From an uncultured Candidatus Rokubacteria bacterium (GTDB taxonomy: Bacteria > Methylomirabilota > Methylomirabilia > Rokubacteriales > DASRDR01), in NCBI GenBank assembly GCA_963826115.1, contig CAWGVS010000006.1, positions 480,001 through 544,000 on the forward strand: a stretch of 64,000 nucleotides of DNA, read 5' to 3'. The position numbers were made by a program, and so were the translations under genes. Below are positions 50,771 to 57,503 of this stretch, in pieces. Every line of letters starts with the position of its first letter. Positions within the stretch are counted from its first letter, which is position 1. Under the pieces are notes generated by a model that was not told the origin of the DNA, searched no databases, and worked only from the letters and a program-made list of their open reading frames with translations.

Positions 50771-50971
50771 TCAGGTCGCCGGCAGGTCGAGCCGGATGCC
50801 GGCTCTCCGCGGTAGGAGCGCCGCCTCACGCCGACGGTTCTCGATCACCCGCACCCGCGGATCGTGCCGGAACATCGCCTCGAGCTCCGCGAGGAGCCGG
50901 CCGTCACCCCGGGCGACGACCAGGATCCAGGGGTTCTCCGCCCGCGCGCTCGCGGCCATCGACTCGGCCAC
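50771..50971 (-). CDS. small hypothetical protein (66 aa)
   Basis: WILVVARGD..LLAELEAMFRHDPRVRVIENRR looks like real coding sequence; begins 6 nt after the previous stop. Confidence 0.6.
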   Translation of the reverse strand: MAESMAASARAENPWILVVARGDGRLLAELEAMFRHDPRVRVIENRRREAALLPRRAGIRLDLPAT

Positions 50972-50977
50972 GGCTCG

Positions 50978-51484
50978 TCACGCCGATCCGGCGGCGCTCG
51001 TCGGCGCGCCGTCACGCCGCACCCCGAGACGCCCGACGACGGCGGCCACGTGGCGGCGCGTGTCGGCGCCGTCCTGCTCGAGCTGAACGAGGCCGATGCA
51101 CTCCTCCACGATGTCGCGGTCCCCGAGATCGGCAAAGGCCTCCGCGATGCGCATGATGCCCTCGAACGAGTTCTCCTGGCACGCGCGGTAGAGGGCGGCG
51201 AAGTAGGCGCGCCGCGCTTCCGGTTCCGCGGACGGGCGCGCGCCGACGGCGCCGCCGATCCGGAGGCAGGCCTGCCCCGCGGCGATCAGGCCTTCCCAGC
51301 TCGAGCTCGCGATCGCGGCCGTGTGCGCGCTCTCCCAGGCGTTCCGCGCGCGGTCCACGTCGTGCTGCCCGAGAGCCCGGTCGACGCTCCGGAGGTACCC
51401 GCGCCACGACGCGGGAAGGTCCGCGCCCCGCTCCGAGCTCACCTCGAGCTCCGACACCTGGCCGGCGGCCTGCCCCGCGGCCAC
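50978..51484 (-). CDS. hypothetical all-helical protein, paralogue of 51484..52005, no signal peptide
   Basis: GTG overlaps the upstream TAG; shares W..VD.AL, WEG, IG, AR.AY, S.EG and LGD with its neighbour. Confidence 0.7.
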   Translation of the reverse strand: MAAGQAAGQVSELEVSSERGADLPASWRGYLRSVDRALGQHDVDRARNAWESAHTAAIASSSWEGLIAAGQACLRIGGAVGARPSAEPEARRAYFAALYRACQENSFEGIMRIAEAFADLGDRDIVEECIGLVQLEQDGADTRRHVAAVVGRLGVRRDGAPTSAAGSA

Positions 51485-52005
51485 TACCGGAGCTCCCCGA
51501 CCGGGAGCGTGTCGCTGAGGCGCGCGCGGAACGTGCGGATGTCGGCCTGCGCCTCGGGGTCGCCCGCGGCCAGCCGCTCGGCGACGCGGAGCCCGAGCCC
51601 CACCATCTGCGTGTCTCCGAGGAGCGCGTACCCCTCGGTCGCCTTCAGGATGCCCTCGACCGACGCCTGCTGGCGGGCGCGGAAGAACGCCTTCTGATAC
51701 GCCTCGCGGGCCTTGCCCTCGAACGAGCGCCGGAGGCCCGTGGCCTCGCCGATCCGGCGGTAGAGATCGCCGGCGCAGACCATGCCGTCCCAGCGGGTCG
51801 TGCCGAGGGCGAGCGTGTAGGCGTCGTTGGCCGCGCGCAGGGCCGCGCTGTACTCCTTCCGCGCGAGCGCCTTGTCGACCTGCTGGATGGCCGGCGCCCA
51901 CGGATTGTCGGCGATGCCCACGGCGCCGGCCGTCCCGGCCAACGCGACCCCCAGCATGACGACCGAAGCGACCACACCCGCTCGAAGGTACCGTGCCTTA
52001 GTCAT
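51484..52005 (-). CDS. exported hypothetical all-helical (TPR-like) protein
   Basis: GGAGG SD, signal peptide ending AGA, helical domain paralogous to the next gene. Confidence 0.78.
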   Translation of the reverse strand: MTKARYLRAGVVASVVMLGVALAGTAGAVGIADNPWAPAIQQVDKALARKEYSAALRAANDAYTLALGTTRWDGMVCAGDLYRRIGEATGLRRSFEGKAREAYQKAFFRARQQASVEGILKATEGYALLGDTQMVGLGLRVAERLAAGDPEAQADIRTFRARLSDTLPVGELR

Positions 52006-52058
52006 TGCCTTGCGTCCTCCTGTCCTGGTTCACCACCTGTGCAACCGCTTGGATACAT

Positions 52059-52075
52059 CGCAACCGATGTGCCAG
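52059..52075 (-). promoter_or_regulatory. sigma-54 (-24/-12) promoter
   Basis: Minus strand CTGGCAC-ATCGG-TTGCG matches TGGCAC-N5-TTGC, about 55 nt upstream of ATG 52005. Confidence 0.85.
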
Positions 52076-52112
52076 AGTGAAACTCAATAGAAACAACTAG
52101 TTATGGATATAC

Positions 52113-52176
52113 GACTACTGGTGGTTGTCAGTGGTGGTGGTGTAATCTTGACCACCAACCCGGGCGAGGGCAGGAT
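52113..52176 (+). promoter_or_regulatory. putative enhancer (GGTGGT/ACCACC repeats) overlapping the sigma-70 promoter of the activator
   Basis: TGGTGGT repeats with an inverted ACCACCA; TTGACC (52148)-N17-CAGGAT (52171), 9 nt before ATG 52186. Confidence 0.5.
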
Positions 52177-52185
52177 GGGCGCGCC

Positions 52186-55100
52186 ATGACCCTCCTGCCC
52201 GAGATGGTGGGGGAGAGCCCGGGAATCGCGGCCATCCGAGACCGGATCGCCCGACTCGTGGCTCGGGCGTCGGACGTCCGGCGCCTGCCCCCTGTCCTGA
52301 TCCAGGGCGAGACCGGCAGCGGCAAGGGGCTGGTGGCGCGCGCGCTCCACCGCGCCGGGCCCCGGTCGGGCGGGCCCTTCGTCGACGTCAACTGCGCGGC
52401 GATTCCCGAGACGCTGCTCGAGGCGGAGATGTTCGGCTTCGAGCGGGGCGCCTTCACGGACGCCCGCCAGGCGAAGCGCGGCCTGTTCCAGACCGCGCAC
52501 CGCGGGACGCTCTTCCTCGACGAGATCGGGCTCCTGCCCGACGGGCTTCAGGCGAAGCTTCTCACGGTGCTCGAGGAGCGGACGGTCCGGCGCCTCGGTG
52601 CGACGCAGAGCGAGCCGGTCGACGTGTGGATCATTGCCGCGACCAACCTCGATCTCCTGGCCGCGACGCGGGCCGGCCGGTTCCGTGAGGACCTCTACCA
52701 CCGACTGGCCGTGCTGACGCTGGCCCTGCCTCCGCTCCGGGAGCGTCAGCAGGACGTCGTCCTCCTTGCCGAGCACTTCCTGGCGCGCGCGTGCGCCGAC
52801 TACGGCCTGTCGCCCAAGACCCTCGCGCCCGATGCCCGGGCGGCGCTCGTCTCCTACCGGTGGCCTGGCAACGTCCGGGAGCTGATCAACACCATGGAGC
52901 GGGTCACGCTGCTGGCCGAGGCGTCAGTCGTGACCGCCGATCTCCTGGGGCTCTCCGACGGCGGTCCGGCCGCCGCGGGTCCCGTGGCGGTGTCGCCCCC
53001 ACCCCCACCCGCGCCCGCGTCGCTGGCGGCCGTGGTGGACGGGGCCGAGCGGGCCCACCTCCAGGAGGCGCTCGAGGCGACCAGCTGGAACGTCACGCGC
53101 GCCGCCGCGCGCCTTGGGATCTCCCGGAACACCATCCGGTACCGCATGGAGAAGCACGGGCTCCGCCACGGGGCGCCCGCGCCGCCGCGCCGGACCCGGC
53201 AGCCCGCGCCCGCGCCGTCGGCGCCCGTGGTGCCCGCCCCGTCCGTCGAGACGGCCGCGCGGACCGGCATCCGGTGGGAGCGCCGGCACCTTGCGATTCT
53301 CCTCGCTCGGCTGGCCTCCGACCCCGACGCGGGCCCGCTCGACACGGGCCGCGTCATCGAAGCGCTCGTCGAGAAGGCCCGGTCCTTCGGGGGTCGCGTC
53401 GACGAGCTGGGTGCCAGCGGCTTCGTCGCCCTGTTCGGCCTCGAGCCGATCGAGGATCCCGTGCGGCGCGCCGCGCTGGCCGCTCTCGCCATGCAGCGCG
53501 CTGCCGGCCGGACGTCGGACGGCGGGCCGGCTCCCGTCCTCCGGTTCGGCGTCGACCGGGGCTCCTTCCTGATCGGCCGCCTGTCCGACGCCTCGCTGGT
53601 CGACGCGGAGGACAAGCGCACGGCGCTGAGTGCCATGGGGGCGCTCGTCGAGAGTGCCGAGCCCGGCACGGTCGTCGTCAGCGCCGCAGGCGCGTCGCTC
53701 CTCGCCCGTGGCTTCGACCTCGCGCCGCTCGGCGCCGCGGCGGGGCGGCGGGCCGCGTTCCGGCTCGGGGGGCTCGAGCGCGCGGAGGCGGCGAGCGGCC
53801 GCCGCACGCGCTTCGTCGGGCGCGATCACGAGCTCGAGCTCCTCCGTGGGCGCCTCGCCGCCGCGGTGCGCGGCCAGGGTCAGGTGGTGGCGATCGCGGG
53901 AGACGCTGGCATCGGCAAGTCCCGGCTCGTCGGCGAGCTCCGCCGCGACCTGACCGGCGACGGCATCCTCTGCCTCGAAGGGCACTGCCTGCCCTACGCG
54001 ACGCCCATCCCGTGCCTGCCGCTGGTCGAGCTCCTGCGCGCCGCGTGCGCCATCGTCGAGACCGACGGACCCGAGGGCGTCCGCGACAAGCTACGGGCGA
54101 GCCTCGACCGCGCCGGCATGGACGCGATCGCCTCGGCCCCGTACCTGCTCCATCTCCTCGACCCCGGCGAGGGCGGGGAGGCGCTGGCGCGCCTCAGCCC
54201 CGACGTCGTGAAGGCGAGGACGTTCGAGACCCTGCGGGAGCTCAGCCGGCGGCTCGCCGGCCGGACGCCGCTCGTGATCGTGGTGGAGGACCTTCACTGG
54301 GTCGACCGGACGTCGGAGGAATACCTCGGGACGCTGGTCGACGTCGTCGCCGGGGCTCGCATCCTCCTCGTCACCACGCACCGGCCGGGGTACCGGCCGC
54401 CGTGGATGGACCGGTCCTACGCGACCCAGGTCGCGCTTCAGCCGCTGTCGCCGCACGAGAGCCAGAGCCTGGTCCGCGACGTGATCGGCCCGGCCGACGT
54501 CGACGAGCCCACGGTCGAGATGATCGTGTCCAAGGCGGAGGGGAACCCGTTCTTCGCCGAGGAGCTGGCGCGGGCCGTTACCGAAGGGGGCCGCCCCACG
54601 CCCGGGTCGCCGGTCCCCGACACCGTCGAGGGCGTCCTGATGGCGCGCATCGACCGCCTCGCCGCCGAGGACAAGCGGGTTCTCCAGGCCGCGGCGGTCA
54701 TCGGGCGGACGCTGCCCTTCCTCCTGCTCCAGGCGATCCTGGAGCCGGCCGACGAGGCGCTCCGCGAGCGGCTCGCGCGGCTCCAGGGCGCCGAGTTCCT
54801 CTACGAGACCCGCGCGGCCTCGGAGCTCGAGTACACGTTCAAGCATGCCCTCACGCACGAGGTGGCGTACGCGAGTCTCCTGCCCGCCCAGCGGCGGGCG
54901 CTTCACGCCCGCATCGTCGACGTGCTCGAGAGCTGGCAGCGGGAGGGGCGGGAGGAGCTCGTCGAGCGTCTCGCGCACCACGCCATCCAGGCCGAGGCCT
55001 GGGAGAAGGCCGTCGACTACGCGCGGCGCGCCGGGCGGCAGGCGCTCACCCGGTCCGCGCACCGGGATGCGGCGGCATGGTTCGACCAGGCGCTGTCAGC

Positions 55101-56289
55101 GGTGAGCCATCTGCCCGAGCGCCGCGAGCGCCTCGAGCAAGCGATCGACCTCCAGTTCGACCTGCGGAACGCCCTCTGGCCCCTGGCCGAGTTCCGCCGG
55201 GTCTTCGAGTGCCTCAAGCGGGCCGAGCAGCTGGCCACGACCCTGGGCGACCAGAAGCGGCTCGCGATGACGTTCGCGCTCCTGACGCCGATGTTCTCGA
55301 CGCAGGAGGAGCAGGCCAAGGGGATCGAGTACGGCCGGCGGGCGCTGGACCTCGGCGTCGCGCTCGGCGACACCACGGTGCAGGTGGTCGCGACCCTCTA
55401 CCTGGCCATGGCGTACCTGACGCTGGGCAACTACTCGCGGGCCACGAAGTTCGCGCGGAAGAACGTGGCGCTCCTCCAGGGGAACGTGCGGCTCGAGCAG
55501 TTCGGGCCGCACGGCCTGCACGCCGAGCCGGCCATCCTGCCGCGGGCCCTGCTCCTCTGGAGCTTCGGGGAGCTGGGCGCGTTCGCCGAGGCGCAGCCGG
55601 TCCTGGAGGAGAGCCTGCGCATCGCCGAAACCATCGACCATCCGTGGTCCCAGACCTTCCTGGCGCTCGGGGAGGGCATCCTGCGCGTGCGCCAGGGTGA
55701 TCTGCCGCGGGCGGTCCGGACGCTCGAGCGCAGCCTCGCCCTCTGCCGCCAGTGGCAGCTCGCGGCGCTGTTCGAGGTGATCACCGGGCATCTCGGCCAC
55801 GCGTACACGCTGGCGGGGCGCACCGGTGAGGCGATCCCCCTCCTGGAGGAGGGCCTGGCGGAGCGCCGGCACTGGCTCGAGCCGTTCCCGCTGCTCGCGC
55901 TGGCGGAGGCCTACCTGCGCGTGGGGCGGACGCGCGAGGCGAGCCAGACGGCCGAGCGGGCGCTCGGTCTCGCCCGCCAGCGCGGCCAGCGCGGGCACGA
56001 GGCGTGGCTGCGCTGGCTTCTCGGCGAGATCGCGCGGCTGGACCCCGCGGGGTCAGCGGCCGACGTCGAGGCGCACTACGGGCAGGCGCTCGACCTGGCG
56101 ACGGAGCTCGACATGCGCCCGCTCGCCGCCCACTGCCACCTGGGTCTCGGCCAGTGGCACCGCCAGCGCGGCGACGCGGCCCGGGAGCAGGAGCACATGA
56201 CGACGGCCCGGTCGCTCTACCGGGAGATGGGCATGACGCTCTGGCTTGCCAAGGTCGAGGCCGAGCAGCCGGCCGTGTCGGGCGCCTAG
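52186..56289 (+). CDS. sigma-54 activator (AAA+, Fis-HTH) fused to degenerate class III cyclase-like, STAND ATPase and TPR domains
   Basis: GETGSGK, GAFTDA, LFLDEI, FREDLYHRL, WPGNVREL, HTH; then FVGR..EL, GDAGIGKS, VVEDLHW, GNPFF, FKHAL and helical repeats. Confidence 0.88.
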   Translation: MTLLPEMVGESPGIAAIRDRIARLVARASDVRRLPPVLIQGETGSGKGLVARALHRAGPRSGGPFVDVNCAAIPETLLEAEMFGFERGAFTDARQAKRGLFQTAHRGTLFLDEIGLLPDGLQAKLLTVLEERTVRRLGATQSEPVDVWIIAATNLDLLAATRAGRFREDLYHRLAVLTLALPPLRERQQDVVLLAEHFLARACADYGLSPKTLAPDARAALVSYRWPGNVRELINTMERVTLLAEASVVTADLLGLSDGGPAAAGPVAVSPPPPPAPASLAAVVDGAERAHLQEALEATSWNVTRAAARLGISRNTIRYRMEKHGLRHGAPAPPRRTRQPAPAPSAPVVPAPSVETAARTGIRWERRHLAILLARLASDPDAGPLDTGRVIEALVEKARSFGGRVDELGASGFVALFGLEPIEDPVRRAALAALAMQRAAGRTSDGGPAPVLRFGVDRGSFLIGRLSDASLVDAEDKRTALSAMGALVESAEPGTVVVSAAGASLLARGFDLAPLGAAAGRRAAFRLGGLERAEAASGRRTRFVGRDHELELLRGRLAAAVRGQGQVVAIAGDAGIGKSRLVGELRRDLTGDGILCLEGHCLPYATPIPCLPLVELLRAACAIVETDGPEGVRDKLRASLDRAGMDAIASAPYLLHLLDPGEGGEALARLSPDVVKARTFETLRELSRRLAGRTPLVIVVEDLHWVDRTSEEYLGTLVDVVAGARILLVTTHRPGYRPPWMDRSYATQVALQPLSPHESQSLVRDVIGPADVDEPTVEMIVSKAEGNPFFAEELARAVTEGGRPTPGSPVPDTVEGVLMARIDRLAAEDKRVLQAAAVIGRTLPFLLLQAILEPADEALRERLARLQGAEFLYETRAASELEYTFKHALTHEVAYASLLPAQRRALHARIVDVLESWQREGREELVERLAHHAIQAEAWEKAVDYARRAGRQALTRSAHRDAAAWFDQALSAVSHLPERRERLEQAIDLQFDLRNALWPLAEFRRVFECLKRAEQLATTLGDQKRLAMTFALLTPMFSTQEEQAKGIEYGRRALDLGVALGDTTVQVVATLYLAMAYLTLGNYSRATKFARKNVALLQGNVRLEQFGPHGLHAEPAILPRALLLWSFGELGAFAEAQPVLEESLRIAETIDHPWSQTFLALGEGILRVRQGDLPRAVRTLERSLALCRQWQLAALFEVITGHLGHAYTLAGRTGEAIPLLEEGLAERRHWLEPFPLLALAEAYLRVGRTREASQTAERALGLARQRGQRGHEAWLRWLLGEIARLDPAGSAADVEAHYGQALDLATELDMRPLAAHCHLGLGQWHRQRGDAAREQEHMTTARSLYREMGMTLWLAKVEAEQPAVSGA

Positions 56290-56296
56290 CGCCCGC

Positions 56297-56842
56297 TCAG
56301 GGATTCGCGCCGAGGAGCGCCAGGAGCAGCTGGCGCGCGGCCGGCTGGGCCCAGTCCTTGGCCCCCACGGAGCGGGCGACGAGCCGCCCGCTCCGGTCCA
56401 CCACGTAGACGGTCGGCGGTCCCCACACGCCGTAGAGCCGCCCGGCCACGTCGCCGGTCCGGTCGAGCAGGACCGGGGCGACGTAGTCCCGCTCCTGCGC
56501 GACCTTCGCCACGTGGGCCGCATCCTCGCGGAAGTTGACGAGCAGCACCTCGAGACCACGGCCCCGGAGCTCCGTGTAGAGCCGGTTGAGGGGAGGCAAC
56601 TCCTCCCGGCAGTCCGGTCACCACGTCGCCCAGAAGAAGAGCAGGACGACCTTGCCCTTGAGCTCGCCGAGGGTCCAGGTCCGCCCGGTCAGATCGGGGA
56701 GGCTGAACGCCGGCGCGGGCTTCGGCGGCTCGTAGGCCTGGAAGTCCATGGCGGTCAGGTCGGGGCCCGCGGCGTGCGCCGTGCCGGTGACGCAGACGAG
56801 CAGGAGCGCGCCGACGACGGCCGCGCCGCGGCGGCGGCTCAC
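56297..56842 (-). CDS. exported TlpA/ResA-like redoxin, probable selenoprotein (UxxC)
   Basis: FFWATW-TGA-PDC-REELP is continuous in one frame (UGA at 56618-56620); cis-Pro WGPPT; SECIS-like hairpin. Confidence 0.87.
56591..56607 (-). promoter_or_regulatory. SECIS-like hairpin of the TlpA-like gene
   Basis: GGGAGG-AGUUG-CCUCCC starts 10 nt after the in-frame UGA. Confidence 0.65.
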
Positions 56843-57390
56843 GACGCCCCGCTCTCGCGAACGGCCTTGAGCACGTCCTCGGGCTCGAGGAGGTCCAGGG
56901 GGTTGTCCTGGATCTTCAGGTAGCGGACGACGCCCGCCCGGTCGATGACGAAGTACGCGCGCTTCGCGTAGCGATAGATGGGGCTCTTCTCGTCCGTGAC
57001 CATCGCGCCGTACGCGGGCAGCATCGTCCGCCGCTGGTCCGAGAGGAGCGGGTGCTTGATGCCCTGCTGCTTCTGGAAGGCGTCGAGGGCGGAGACGAAG
57101 TCCACGCTGATCCCGATCAGCTGCGCGTTCAGGGCCTGGAAGTCGGCCAGCCGGGCGTCCAGCCCGGTGATCTCCTTGATTCAGGGGCCGTTGAACGCGC
57201 CGATGAACGTGTAGAGCACGATCGGCCCCTTGCCGAGCAGGTCCGCGAGCTTGACCTGCTTGCCGCCCGGGGCGTTGAGGGTGAAGTCGGGGGCCTTGTC
57301 TCCGACGTCGAGCGCCTGCGCGGGGCCGGCGAGCGCCAGGACGGCGAGAACGGTGAGCGAGACCGCGAGTGCGACACCGCGTCGGAGCAT
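56839..57390 (-). CDS. exported peroxiredoxin (AhpC/TSA, BCP-like), probable selenoprotein
   Basis: VGDKAPDFTL..VLYTFIGAFNGP-TGA-IKE..GISVD..LLSD..RAYFVID is continuous in one frame (UGA at 57181-57183); AGGAGG SD; no Cys anywhere in the protein. Confidence 0.87.
57151..57167 (-). promoter_or_regulatory. SECIS-like hairpin of the peroxiredoxin gene
   Basis: CCGGGC-UGGAC-GCCCGG starts 13 nt after the in-frame UGA. Confidence 0.65.
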
Positions 57391-57503
57391 GGCGACCTCC
57401 TCCTGGTCCAGGGAATACCGAACCCGGGACGCGTGTCGTCGTCGAGGGCTCCTGCCGGAGAGAACGCCACCCGGGAGGTCCAGGGTTCCCGGGCGCTCCC
57501 GGC

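Noticed and set aside
56839-56842. Possible read-through of the peroxiredoxin terminal UGA into a Prx-TlpA fusion
   Set aside because: The domain is complete at that point, the next gene is in a different frame with its own signal peptide, and there is no SECIS-like stem
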